Assembly (NCBI RefSeq): GCF_964355755.1
Contig: NC_092674.1
Coordinates: 27,652,001 to 27,716,000 of the forward strand
Direction: 5' to 3'
From: Antedon mediterranea
Taxonomy: Eukaryota; Animalia; Echinodermata
Length of the DNA: 64,000 nt
Part shown: one piece after another, positions 1 to 13,500 of the stretch
Layout of the letters: each line of letters starts with the position of its first letter
Numbering within the stretch: position 1 is the first letter of the stretch
The notes under the pieces: generated by a model
Databases searched by the model: none
What the model was told of the DNA's origin: nothing
Seen by the model: the letters and a program-made list of their open reading frames with translations, nothing else
Program-made: the position numbers and the translations under genes

Positions 1-136
1 AGATGTGGGTTAAACTCTACTACGTGAGGAGAAAAGATTTCATATTATTCAAGATGTTTAGTTACCATATTTGGCAATAATAACAACATTAAGATTATAA
101 TATATAATTATATTTGTTATGATTTTTTTTCTACAG

Positions 137-3100
137 GGTTCTACCGGGGAACCAAAACTTGTTCCGTATACGCACTTTGCAAGTTTGAATAGTTCATATT
201 TCTCTCTTGATTATCTTCTAAAAGTAAAGGAAAGGAATGTAAGTATCACGAGTATTGTTCCTAAAAAGAAAGTAAAGAAAATGCTGTGACCCGTAAAGCT
301 CTCTTATCCTACCATAAGGGAAAAAAATGAGAAAAAAAAAGAGTAAAGTATACTTTCACTTTTGATTAAAACACTTTGTTTCAGCGTCGTGCTAATTTAC
401 TTTTTATTAGAGGTCACCGTTGCCGTTGCTGTCTGCAAATTTCTATGAGTTGCGAAATGAATAGCCTATTTTCACCTGAAATGCATTTTAGTCCCTGAAT
501 GTAACATGATATTGACGCGTGTATCGTACCCATACTCGGGGCACGAACTATTTGTACAAAGGCCATACAACCGCGTAGGCATACCTATTGTTTAGATCGC
601 TGGCAGTCAGCAATCATAAATAAAAGGGGTGTCACGAAACCTAAGATCACGAAAGCTAAGACCCCCTAAGACCTAAGATCACGAAAGCTAAGACCCAAGA
701 CCTAAGATTACAAATTCTAAGATATACTACAGCTTAAAAACAATACTTGTTTATCCATACATAATTTTAAACACAGTAGGTTTCATTTATTACCATAAAT
801 ATAATTTAATACTACCGCAAAACACAGATAAACTCACATTATTTTCGCCCGTTGAGTAAATGTATATTTTTTCTTTACAACAAACAAACTTGACGGGTTG
901 TTTGTTGGTATATATTTACTCCAATGTGTTGGTTCAGAGGATGTTTTTCTTACGCACCTGCCTTTCTTGTATTTTGACTCCAAATTTGTTTACTAACTTT
1001 ATCCTGAATACCACACTTTAAAATTAGGACTTATAAGTACTTTCAGAAGGAGAAACACATAATAACAAATAAATAAATCCTTTAAATTGATGATTTTACA
1101 GACGTGTTTCTTTGTATACAGCACTGTAATGTAACTCCTCGAGCTCCCCATGCTCAATGTTTTTGTTTCTATGGAGCGCCAAAAGAGCAACAATAATTGT
1201 ACAAGTATAAAAACAGAAAGAAAACGAAACAAAAAAACTTCTAATGATTTTTAAGTTAAAATGTATTTGCCAGTATTTATTTCTTCGTACTTGGATGATT
1301 ATACTATTATCATTACAATTTTAATTTTACATTATTGTTCCTTCCACACTTTAGATGGACTCCACAGAGTTTTCAGCCCTCTATATAATTTTTGCTCTTT
1401 TGACGTTCCATAGAAACAAAAACATTGAACATGGGGTAGGCCTACCAGTGTACTGTAGGCTAGTCATTTTGTGTGCGAGAAAAACGTCTGTAAAATCATC
1501 AATTTAAAAATGTATTTGTTACTTTTTATGTGATTCTTTTTCATGAAAGTGCCAATTCTAAGGTGTGGTATTCAGAATGAATGTTGGGAGTTAAAATACA
1601 AGGCAGGTGCGAAAGATAAATATTTGTAATCTTAGGCCTTGGGTCTTAGCTTTCGTGATCTTAGGTCTTAGCGGGTCTTAGCTTTCGTGTTCTTAGGTTT
1701 CGTGACACCCTAAATAAAAGTGTATATATGTCAAAAATGGAACGCCGTGGTTACAGATAATCATCATATAGAGGATAATAATGTTAATAATAATGGTACA
1801 CTAACTGTGGTAACTGTGTACTGTGGTAGTATACATTAGCAACCGATTTTTTTTCCTAGGTCACCCACCTAACTGTATCAATACCTATTTATATTTAATT
1901 TCTTCAAGAAATTGATGTAAATAAATATTGAGCTATAATAAGCATTACATTTTCGCTTTTTTGGGGGCTTCCCCTTGATGTACGTTCGCATTGAACTTGA
2001 ACGCAACGCAATCAAAACTGAGTGAATGAAATCGGCAAGAAAATGTTATATTGTCCTGTAATTAGTCACGTGTGTTTATTGGAGGGAAAGGGTATGATCG
2101 TTTTGCACATTGGCCGCATGCTACATATGAGAGTGTTTTTTTCCTGCAAATTAGAGGTGCCATTTATCATGAATTTTATGTGCGACAGTAACATTTCTTC
2201 CGGCCATCTGGGGCGTCATTTAAAAAAGTTCGCTTCGCCACAGGTCATGTCGACGGCCCTAGACAAGCACTTTTTTCCGCCATGTACGTGCAAACGCTGA
2301 CTTGCGCGAAACGCCAAAAATGTCACCCTTTAATAGGCTAGTACCTCAGTTTTCATAATTTAAAATATCAATTTTTAATACATTTATTTAACGTGAGATT
2401 GCCATTTCCGACCATCTGGAGGTGTTACATTTTCAAAATCACCTCGTTGGTGCGGACTCTCTACAGTTGCGCTCCCCCCCCCCCCTCCTTCATAAAATCC
2501 TGGATCCGTCCTGGTGATGCGCCCAAATATTGTAGTAATGTGCCCAAATATGGTAGTGATGTGCCCAAATATGGAAGTAATGCGCCCAAATATGGTAGTG
2601 ATGTGGCCAAATATGGTAGTGATGTGCCCAAATATGGATTTTTGACGACTGTGTTGATAGTATGAATAATTCCATATACTGTACTATATTTCATAGACCT
2701 ATTGTGATGTGGGCCAACCGCACCGTATAACCGCATCATAAAATCGTCTCTTTTAGACACGCCGAATGATTTGCGGTGCAAACATGGCGTATATTGGCGG
2801 TGAATTTACCGGAGTAGCAGCACCACTCGTTTTTGGGATGACCACGGTGTTCCCATCACCGACGTACAACTTTGAAAAAATGCTACAGGCAACACAAGAT
2901 GAAAAGTAGGCATAGGTGCTATGAGAGCTTTTATAGTTATTTAACATCTTTAAGGCCAAGTTAGACAGCGTCATACGATAAGGACCGACAATTCTGGTCG
3001 GGAAAAAATTAAACATGTTTAAAGTTCTCGCGAGACGACCACAATCTACGTCTGACAATAGAGACTTTTAGATTTTCTTTAGACTCACTTGTGTTTTGAT

Positions 3101-6100
3101 CGAATGCAGCGCTTGATCTTTCTTGAAAGGGGATTAATAAGTAACTAAATAATAATACTAGCCCTACCCATTGTTAACAATCAATTCTGTGAATTCGTGA
3201 ATGAAAGTTCATTGACAAAATTAATTCTGTTAAACAATTTAATTTGTGATGTAGGCCTATCCTTTTCTTTGTTTATCTAGGTGTACGGATATTACTATGC
3301 TGCTATTTGGCTTATTTGATTTAGTCAACAGCTCGGTGTCTGACAAATACGACCTAAGTTCTCTGAAAAATGGTAATATATTTTGGCTCTAAAATTTATT
3401 TTTTTTACCTACGAAATGAATTTATTTCATATCAAGAATAACAAGACAATCGAAACCGCGTAAATACCAATTTACACGGTAAAGCGCGAGCTTGTCCCAC
3501 GTATCTGTAGGCCTATCTATCTCGTCTGTGTAAATTGGTCTTACATTTTCTACACTGATATTGTTTGTTGTTGTTTTTGTAATAGGTCTAACTGGAGGTT
3601 CTCTTGTACCGTTACATCTCCTTCAAGAAATTGACAAGAAATATGGAATTAGAATTCTGGTTTGTTGATCCCCTTGCAAAATATAGGCCTAACTAGCGGT
3701 AATTATAGTGCTGATGATGCCTATGGTTTGTGTTATGATGACGAAATATAGGTCTAGTTATCAACGGCGCAGATCTAGTTATTAGGGACTTTTGATTGAG
3801 TGCTACTACCGGAAGTACACGGGCTTAGGCCAGGCCAAGTGTGTAGCTTAATTTTCTGAACGAAGGCTAGCGTCTTAGTGATAAGTCCCATTCCATAACC
3901 TGTATTATTAAAAGCTTTATTTAAAATATAAAACACAAATCAATAATTCACAGTTTGCAAATATAATTTGACTTAGAATGCTTATGGGATGTCAGAGACC
4001 GGTTTAGCTATGTCACAACTTCCAAGCGACTCGTTTGAGTACAGCGCCACCACCGTTGGCACGATCGTGCCACATGCTGAGGTAATGTCAACATTATTAT
4101 TTTGTATGATGGTTTTATTTTATTATTTTTTTATTTTATGTCTTTATGCAATGTAGCCAAGGATTGCCAATAGTAAATTAATCACTGTCCTATCAGATAG
4201 GTGGTAATCCCCCTGATGCAGGGGCTATTTTGTAATCCAGTTCACCGGGGTAACCCCCTACTCATTTTTTAATAATGAACTGGGTTCTTTAAAGTGCACA
4301 TATGTTATAACTGTGTACACTGGACATACGGTTTATATTATAGTCCTTATCCGAGAAGACTTGTTACACCACAAGAACTAGGAGCAAGTCGGTCTCGAAA
4401 CCTTGCCGATGTTGTTGGCTCTTTAGGTACGATAAACGGCGCCCCTGCCTTAACTGCTCGGCCATTTGACTCGCTGTAATGGTTAACACGTTGCTGTAAA
4501 AGCTATCACAACGCCAATTTGGTTGTAGGCATGCGTAGAATTGTTTTTAAAAGTGTACCTTAACTTCGCGTCGTGTCACCTCAATCCGATAAAGAATGCT
4601 GTGTGAAGGTTTTGTAAAGACAAACTCAGACAGCGTCGTATTACAAGGCCCGACGAATCGTCTCGTCGAAAGAAACATGTTTAGCATTCTCACGACGACC
4701 TAAACTCTACGCCCGAAGCTATCTCAAGGCGACTCGTCTCGTCGGGTTCAACTCTGACAGCACCGACGAGTCAAGACGTTTCGCATTAACTTGCCGATAT
4801 AGAATGAAATAAAAAACACGACTTTAATTTTCTTTAGTTGAAGATCGTCAACAAAAACGGAATAACTGTAGAAGTTGGAGAAGAAGGTGAACTATGGGTT
4901 CGAAGCCCTTTCGCTTGTAGGCGATATTATCTCAATGACGTGGCTACACAAGAGGCATTTACGGATGGTGGTTGGTTTAAAACAGGGTATCGTTTAAGTT
5001 TTTAAATCTAAAATTTGCATACGAATTGAAATATATGAGCGTTTTGTTTATGTTAATTGATTATAAACGAATTAATAATTGTTGTCTTCTTTAGAGATGT
5101 TGGAATACTGAACAAGGATGGATATTTGATAATTAAAGGTAGAATAAAGGTACGTTTCGGTCTTTACTCAATGCTGGACATAGCAGACAAATTACAAAGC
5201 AACGATGTGATACTGTACATCTACGCAACTCCATCGATATTAACTGTATGTTAACGTTTTATAAAAAAAATCATAAATTATGAGAACTTTTATTACATTA
5301 ATATTGCTTTTTTAAATCGTTTTATTTGTAATGTGGTATTTTAGAATATTATTAATAAATTCAGCCGCACCATTCATCCAATTGAAGTTGAAAACGTTCT
5401 TGCGAAGAATCCAGCCGTTCAGAAAGTTCAGGTAATAATATCTTCGCATTAACGGTTTGCGTTTGTAGTAGGATGTTCCCAGGCACTGTCTGGTCTTACG
5501 ACTAGGCCTGTACACCCTTGGTTGTTATCTTTAAGTTGAAAATATTCATGTAGTGTCCAAAATGTATTATTGCTGGGTGTTCATAGTATTAGAGAGCTTA
5601 TTAAGGGACCACCAACACAGAACCAACACAATTCCCCCATTAATAGGGATGTTCTCTGAGTTGGGGTTTGCCGTAATATTAAAAAATATTGTCCTATTCG
5701 TGTCATGTAAAAGTGTCCCCTGAATAGAGGTGTCTCAATAAGAGCTTTACTGCGTAATTTGTGATTCTGCGAACAGTTAGTCATCCATATATTTCACAGT
5801 TTAGATGTTATTTATTACCGTGTGTGGTTTATTTTGTGTAGGTTGTTGGAGTGCCTGATACGAGAGCCGGTGAAGAGGTGTGTGCTTGTATCATGTACGT
5901 ATCTTGCCGACGATTGTTAGATAATAATTTGGTATACATTAAAATGAACGTTTAACCTTTTGTGTGCGATTTGTTTATAGAAAAACCACACTATTGTGGT
6001 AAATTAGGTGGCAAAATTTAGTACTTCTTACGAGAATAAAAAGAGATACGAGTATTCACAATGGATAACGTCAATACTTAAATTGTTTATAGGCTAAAAG

Positions 6101-6751
6101 AAAACTGCACATTGACATTAGAAGAAGTTCAGAGCTATTGTGTTGAAAAGGTAAACAATTAAATGTTTTGATTATAGGACTTATTTACGTCATGGGGCGT
6201 ATCTCAGACAATGCGTCGTCGGCGCTTTTGTTGCTTCTGAGTACATGCACGCTAGCCCTTCTTTCATCTCTCACTATTTTCAACTACCTATCCATACTCT
6301 TCTTGATTCTGGTGTGATTATTGCCAATAAAACGTCGTTACTGTAGGTCTAAACTCTTTTACAGGTCAATGCGAATTCAATGCCTGGACATATTGTAATA
6401 TTCGATCAATTTCCGTTGACTACGTCTGGAAAGGTAGGCTAACATTACCTGCTCGCGATATTTCTTTTCATACATAATTTGGAGACCTCTCTCATGAAAC
6501 GTCACAAAATAAACATGAATATTCACTAGTCATATCCATAAGGTGTTACGTAAGAATTGACGTACCTGCTCCCAAATATTCAAACCACCTTTATGATAAT
6601 TATAATTAACGTTAATTTGTGATTCTACTATCATAATTTTGGGGGAACTTATACATTATAATGTATTTATTATCTATTGATATATTTTATTTTAAAGTTT
6701 GCTCGTGCACAAATCAAGAAGATTGCAGAGGAAAGATTACAGAAAAAATAA
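137..6751 (+). CDS. ACSF2-like medium-chain acyl-CoA synthetase (ANL adenylate-forming family), 5'-truncated by window edge
   Basis: Exons 137-238, 2757-2905, 3281-3372, 3586-3659, 3977-4081, 4838-4986, 5095-5149, 5345-5431, 5842-5894, 6093-6150, 6365-6433, 6698-6751 (TAA); all GT-AG with matching phases. Motifs: GSTGEPK (P-loop), AYGMSET, GELWVRSP, GWFKTGD, GRIK, HPIEVE, GVPD..GEEVCACI, FPLTTSGK. Closest remembered family is ACSF2; orthology not established. Confidence 0.88.
627..1710. mobile_element. Non-autonomous foldback/MULE-like DNA transposon in acyl-CoA synthetase intron
   Basis: TIR GGGTGTCACGAAACCTAAGA with subterminal CTAAGA repeats at both ends; exact 10-bp TSD TAAATAAAAG (617-626, 1711-1720); further internal imperfect inverted arms (~952-1190 vs ~1392-1611). 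Confidence 0.85.
2513..2636. repeat. 21-bp minisatellite (GTGATGTGCCCAAATATGGTA) derived from MITE family A
   Basis: About six tandem copies of the 21-mer found inside MITE-A copies elsewhere in the window; preceded by a reverse CCAGGACGGATCCAGGATTT repeat fragment. Confidence 0.8.
4105..4475 (-). mobile_element. tRNA-derived SINE
   Basis: Minus strand begins with A-box-like TGGCCGAGCAGTTAAGGC and B-box-like GGTTTCGAGACC, then a body, then an A-rich (AAAT)n tail near 4105-4140. Confidence 0.6.
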
Positions 6752-6758
6752 TAGCAAA

Positions 6759-6959
6759 TTTGAATGACATAATGTTATTACTTATAACATTTAGAAGACA
6801 AATATTTTTACTAGAATTATACGTTTTCGCGCGTGTTACGGTGGAGGTTTATAATAGAAAATACACATATTTGAATGACATAATGTTTTTACTTTTAACA
6901 TTAAAAAGCAAAATAGCTTTACTAGAATTACACGTTTCCGCGTGTTACGGTGGCGGTTT
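6759..6959 (+). repeat. Imperfect tandem duplication (~110 bp x2) in acyl-CoA synthetase 3' UTR
   Basis: TTTGAATGACATAATGTT...CGCGTGTTACGGTGG occurs at ~6759 and ~6870. Confidence 0.75.
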
Positions 6960-7564
6960 TCTTGTTAAAATGTGTATCATATTTTAAGAACGTTATCTGT
7001 TCATTGTAAATACAACATGTACCATTGTGTGTGTGTGTTGATTGCCTCACCACAGTGTAGCAATCCCAAGAGGACACCTCTGGGACCGACCCAACAAAAT
7101 GTCTTCTGAATAGGGGTTGGACATAGTATCAATGGTATTGCCAAGTGTTCGGGGTTTTTTTTGCTTTTAATTGATCTACCGCACCAACATGGTTAATTAA
7201 ATGTTACTAGAAATAAATATATACCACAACAGATATGCAACAGTATAATGTTTATTACGTCCGATCGTGTAAATGCGTAGTGAACTCATAATACAACCTG
7301 TGAGCTGCTGTATTTTAAATAGGCACATCGTTCAAGAGAGAAACCAATAAATATAAATAATAAACAATATGTAATCCATTCAGTTACTGATTATAGAAAG
7401 AACAAGCGAGGAGAAGAACGTAACTTCGTCTATGACCTTTATACGCAAGTTTGTTATGAAGGAAGTTGGACCGTCTGCGTCTTTTTTTCGACACTTTCGT
7501 CACAAATGAAATTAGCGCCCTCTTTTTTGTGTTAAAAGTAATAACAAGAGAGAAACGAAACAAC

Positions 7565-10500
7565 ATGGATGACTTGCCTACTGAATATGACGAAATTATA
7601 ATAGGAACAGGTAAATTTAGTACTTTGTATTCTAAATTATTAGATATTATTAGTTACTGATAAATAACTAAACGTTTGTATGTGAGGTTGATTAATGAAA
7701 TGGCTTACTAGGCGTACTATTATGACGTAAGACTACTACTTTTAGCTAGGCTAGGCCTACTGTCGACTTTGCGATGGGGCGACTTTGCGATGGGGCGACT
7801 GTGTCGGGGCGACTCACTGTGCGATGGGGCGACTGTGTAAGGGGCGACTTTGTATGGAGTGATGGGGCGACTTGACTAGCATCCCCTAGGCCTAGCCTAG
7901 GCTGTTTATTTTGCAATCAAATTATTTAATAATTTTAAAATTAATATTGTGTTTTTTAGGTTTACAGGAAAGCATCCTTGGGGCTGGACTGGCCAGGATA
8001 GGTCGAGCAGTTCTTCAAATTGACAGGTAAGTGACTCTGGGCAGGATTTGAACCAATACCATGTACCGTATCCTAACATCCGTTTACTAAAGATACGGTA
8101 AAATTGCATTACGTGTGTGACGTCATCGTATAAGGACTTTGGATTTTGTTCACATCGCGTCTGTAGAGAGAATGCCTATCGGCGGCGCCAGGCTGCATGG
8201 ATGTGTGCGCTTATGATTCTTTGAATCGGCCTCGAGGCTAGACCTAGTATTACTATGATATCTCTATGGTTTTATTTTATTCCAAATTGCCTATTTAGGC
8301 CTATATTTTTTAATAAACTTTGTTTACAGATGGTGACCATAAACAAAAAGCAAATGCGGACAATAAAGGGGCCCTCAAATACTATGATTTAGACAATATG
8401 CCTAGCCCCAGGTCTTAGTCACAGAAATCAGCGCACACATGAAGCTGGCCCCAGCCTGTTAAACAAACTGATATACCGAGCCTGGCTATAGCATGGTTAT
8501 AGACTATAGTACGTAGTAGGCCTCTTTTGAAACGGTAAATTTCTGTATTCTAGAATTAAAATCAACATATTTTAGCCTATCAATAATAACAGACGTAGGC
8601 CTAGGCTACATTTAGTTTTGTCACACAACGGGGATAATAGCGATAAATGAAGCATAATAAAGAAAATGTTAAGCCGCCGGTTGATCACTGTTTTTGCGAT
8701 ATGAAAAAAAATCCCAAGTCCTTATACGATGACGTTACACACGTACCAGCACCCCATTGGCTGACTATGACGTAATGCAATTTTACCGTACCTTTAGCAA
8801 ACAGAAGTTAGGATACGGTACCGTATTTTTAGCCACACATTAATAAATACTTTGTACTGTATTTTTAGTAATATATGATTGTATTGTATTTTTATCTTAG
8901 AAATGAGTATTATGGCGGTGATTGGGCGACCTTTAACCTAAATGGATTAGAAACATGGATTGAATCCAACCGCCAGGTAATCTACTCATACAATTAATTG
9001 TTTCTTCTTTAACTTAACTTAATTATCTTTCTTTATGTTAAACGTGAAAAATTAAGATTAATAAAATCTGAGTTTGAATAGGTCATTTTTTGTAGTTTTA
9101 ACAAAGTTAATCACTTCCATAGAAAAAAAAACCCATTGGCTGCCAGAAATTACAGTTTTTTCCAGGTAAAAACTTCTTTTTTTCGGCCCAATTTTTGGTC
9201 AAAGTGAATAACTATTATGTGACATTAAAATGGGATATTCTACAAAAAACATTTTACAAATTATGTTTCAGGGGGACAATACATTTTTAATGTTTTTTGC
9301 TGTGTTTTTATATTGTAAATACTGTGTTTTACTGTGAGAAATTTGATCAAATGATTGTATTTTGTCATACAAATGAAATTTAATAATAAAATCAAATTTT
9401 TAATAGAATGAATCTAATGATAACGACGATGTCATGTCTGTTTCTGCGGACTTACTGGAAGATGGAGAGAGAATAGTGTACTTACCAAGATATGGCGATA
9501 CAGTATCAAATTTAGAGGTTCAATGGTTTGTTAGGTATGTGTTTCATTACTATAATTGTGAGTTTTGTTGCGGCAAACATTTCACCCGATAGTGAGAAAC
9601 AATTGTTTTGATTTCTAACCTAAGCAAACATATGTTGTACAAAGCTTCCATATCACAAATATGGTTTACTTATTTATTAATCAATTCTGCTTAAAATATC
9701 TCTTTTAAAATTATTTTTAAGTGAGGGAGAACCAGTTCCAGAAAGACGAAGACTTTTTAACAGACTTCCTGAAGCACCTGCAGTATCTCCAGACTTGCCT
9801 GGAGATGGTGCTCCTCCAGAAGATAATGATGATTCACAACAGGTACCAGTGCCTCAAGAGGGAGCCAACCTGCCAGAGGAACCAGTAGCAAATATGGCAG
9901 AACCTCAATCTGCAGATGTTCCCACAATGGCAGATCAATCTAATGCATTAGAGAATGTGGAAGATGGCAGTATTGGTAGTTCTACAGATGCTGGTGTTTT
10001 CTCTGCACAGCCAGAGGATTCCAATGATGTAAGTGATGCTGAAGCTCTTGCACAGGATGCTGCAGAGGAATCTGTACCAGCAGCATCAACACAGGATGCT
10101 GAAAAGGAACCTGCAGCAGCAGCACCAACACAGGATGCAGCATCAGAAACAGTAGATCCAGTTCCACAAGAGTCTCCAGGTGTGGAAGCCGCAGCAGGAG
10201 AACCTGTAGCAGTAGACCCTGCAGCAGTAGATGGTGTCAGCGATGGCAATGAAATTAATGAACCCAGAAAACAATGGACACAAAATCTTATAAAACATGA
10301 ATGGAGAAAGTTTAACATTGATCTTTCACCAAAGGTATAAAGCAGTAAATAGTTGTAATATTTTAGCTATCTAACCATGACTGGTTCTTGGTAATAGAGC
10401 CACTGTGTGCCCTGTTGTGTGTAAATTATGACTGTTTGATAAGCAATGTGAAAGGGGTAATACTAAAGCTCTGTCAACACCATCAAACTAGTTTGACAAA

Positions 10501-13500
10501 ATAAGTTTGATGTTCCCAAATAATATGGTAGTGATATTACGCTTAAATATGGTAATGATATGACATCGTCATCTTATTATATGGCCACATCAAATTTTGT
10601 TGTCACATAAAGTTTGATAGTGTAGATAAGACGAGGCTTAATAGAGAATATACCCATAATTATTTCATCAACAAAATTAATACATTTTGTATTATAGTAC
10701 TGTATTTAGTTTACAGCATCACATTCAAGTTACTTAAATAAATCATTTTGTTTGACAAATCCAAATGAAATTACTCACATTCTTTAGCTTTCGCCATCTT
10801 GGCTGATGGCTTGATCACAGGTGATCCGGTCCACTGCTACAATCCTACAAAATGCACTTATTCACGGACATCTAATTATTGTTTTTATACAGCTGATGTT
10901 TTGTAGGGGTTCGTTAATTGAAGCCTTGATTGAGTCCAGAGTCAGCCGCTATGCTGAATTCAAAGCTATAACAAGGACATTGACATTTATCAATGGAAAA
11001 ATAGAAAAGGTGCACATTTATTAAATACTATATTTATAGATAAAGTTTAATTTATTTTATTTTACTAGTAATCTATCCAATATTTCATATGTTATTACAC
11101 CTCATTATTTTTTTACTGAAGGTTCCATGTTCTAGAGCTGATGTATTCAGTAGCAAATATGTGACAATGTTAGAGAAAAGAATACTGATGAAGTTTATAG
11201 AATTTTGTTTACACTATCAAGAAAGACAATTAGAATATGAAGGTAAGATGTTATAACGTGTATGTTAAGCTCTTTTTACACTATCAAACCAGTGGCGTAT
11301 CCAGGATTTTGAAGTTGGGGGGAGGGGCCACGAATTGCCAATTTGCCGACAAAATTGGTGTCATTATCTGTACATACACCTGATCAATACATGTTCTAGG
11401 ATTGCATAGTCATAATTGTCTTATATGGGATAACGATGCAAAATTAAAACCAAACCAACATTATCTGTTAGTATGTTGTATTCATATTACAATAAAGGAA
11501 GAATTAGGAAAATCTGATTTGTAGTTAAGCTCTGTTTACACTATCAAACTACTTTGACAAAAGAAAAATGTGATGTACACAAATATGGTAGTGATATGAC
11601 ATCACCATGGCCATATATGGGCACATCAAATTTTGTTGTCGCATAAAGTTTGATAGTGTACTGTAGACAGGACTTATTCAGGTTTAATAATACCAGGACC
11701 AAGTATGTTATATTTTGTACCATGGTACATCCAGACTAAATCAAATCTGTGTCTTAAGCTCTGTCTACAATACCAAACTAGTTTGACAAAAAAAGTATGA
11801 TGTGCCTAAATATGGTAGTGATATGCCCAAGTATGGTAGTGATATGACATCATCATGTCCATATATGGGCACACCATGTTTTTGTCACATTGATAAGATA
11901 AGCTTTATACAAATCTTGTTTTGCAGAATATTTGAACAAACCATTTGTAGAGTTTTTAAAGTTCAAGAAGCTTACCAGCACATTACAGCATTTTGTTATA
12001 CACTCCATTGCCATGGTAACGCAAGATACACTAACAGAAGATGTAAGTTAAAATATTTATTTCCACATCCAACAGTGTGTGAACTTATCAATTATAGAAA
12101 AAACTAAGCATGTGTCTTATTATAATGATGATAGACCTACTTTTAAAACTATTGTCTAGCAATATTTGGCCACATAATATTATTAATTATACAGCGTGAA
12201 CAGTATATTTCTTAATTATATTTTCAGGGGTTGAAGGCCACGCATCATTTCTTGAAATCACTTGGTCGCTATGGCAATACAGCATTTCTATGGACGCTCT
12301 ATGGAAGTGGAGAGCTCCCTCAATGTTTCTGTAGAATGTGTGCTGTTTTTAATGGAATCTATATGTTACGATGTACAGGGAAAGGACTGATTGTTGATGC
12401 CGAAAATAAGTGAGTAGGATTTAATTTAGTTCAGAAGATGGCTTCAGAGATGTCCAGGTTTAATTAGCTAAATGTCTTGCAGAACCTCTGTAGCTTTAAA
12501 GGTCTGGAAATCAAATCCATTTCTTTACTAACTACACTACCTATCAAGCTAGTTTGAAAAGTGTGATGTGCCCATATATGGTAGTGATATGCCAAAATAT
12601 GGTAGTGATGTGACATCATCATGTCTATATATGGGCAAATTAAACCAATTATTGGTAGGCTGTATATCCTGTAATCACACAATACTGTACTATATCTGTA
12701 GGAATGACATAATTTAATTTGTTTACTAGATGTAAAGGCATCATCAGCTCAGATGGAAGAAGATTGATCTGCAAGAATATTATTATGGATCACAGCTACA
12801 GGCCATCGCTGGCGTCTGCTGCCACTACCTCGTACGTATTAGATTTTGTTTTCATACAAAAGCTTTAAAGCTCTGTCTACACTATCAAACTTAATGTGAC
12901 CAAAAAATGTGATGTGCCCATATATGGACATGATGATGTCATAACACTACCATATTTAGGCACATCACACTTCCTTTATCAAACTAGTTTGATAGTGTAG
13001 ACAGAGCTTAAGAGAAATTACAATATGTTAAAGGAAGTGTGATGTGCCTAAATATGGTAGTGTTATGACATCATCATGTCCATATATGGGCCCATCACAT
13101 TTTTTGGTCACATTAAGTTTGATAGTGTAGACAGAGCTTAAGAGAAATTACAATATGTATAAACTGTGTCAGGCTTATAATCTATTAAGTTAGTACAGTT
13201 CTCCATTCTGCAGTAGGTAATTTATTTTATTACAACACTAGTAATTTTAACCATATTTGATTACATTTAGACTTGTTTCCAGAGCAGTGTTTATGACTGA
13301 CCGATCTATATGGCCAACCGGTCAAGAGGAGGTAAGATAATAATCATTTTATTACTATTATTTTAAAAATTATAATATTTATACAATTTTAATATGATAC
13401 TGTATTAATTCAGTAATTGTTATTACTGTATTTATAACATTTCAGATATCTTTACTGACTGTTCCTCCACTTGAAGGGAGCCCTCAAACTATCCAAGTTA

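Noticed and set aside
2393-2781. ORFs with PKYGSDV / HHYHIWA repeats (also 11802, 12464, 19371-19601, 26519)
   Set aside because: Translations of the 21-bp MITE-A internal repeat, not genes.
4380-4475. tRNA genes at SINE heads (also ~17800-17870 and ~53070-53135)
   Set aside because: Only A/B-box-like remnants; no complete cloverleaf.
137-6751. Firefly-type luciferase call for the ANL enzyme
   Set aside because: Motifs fit a generic/ACSF2-like acyl-CoA synthetase; there is no C-terminal PTS1 and nothing in the sequence supports luciferase activity.
9935-10318. Antisense ORFs over CHM exon 5 (and 15131-15445 over the last exon)
   Set aside because: Shadow frames of low-complexity coding exons.
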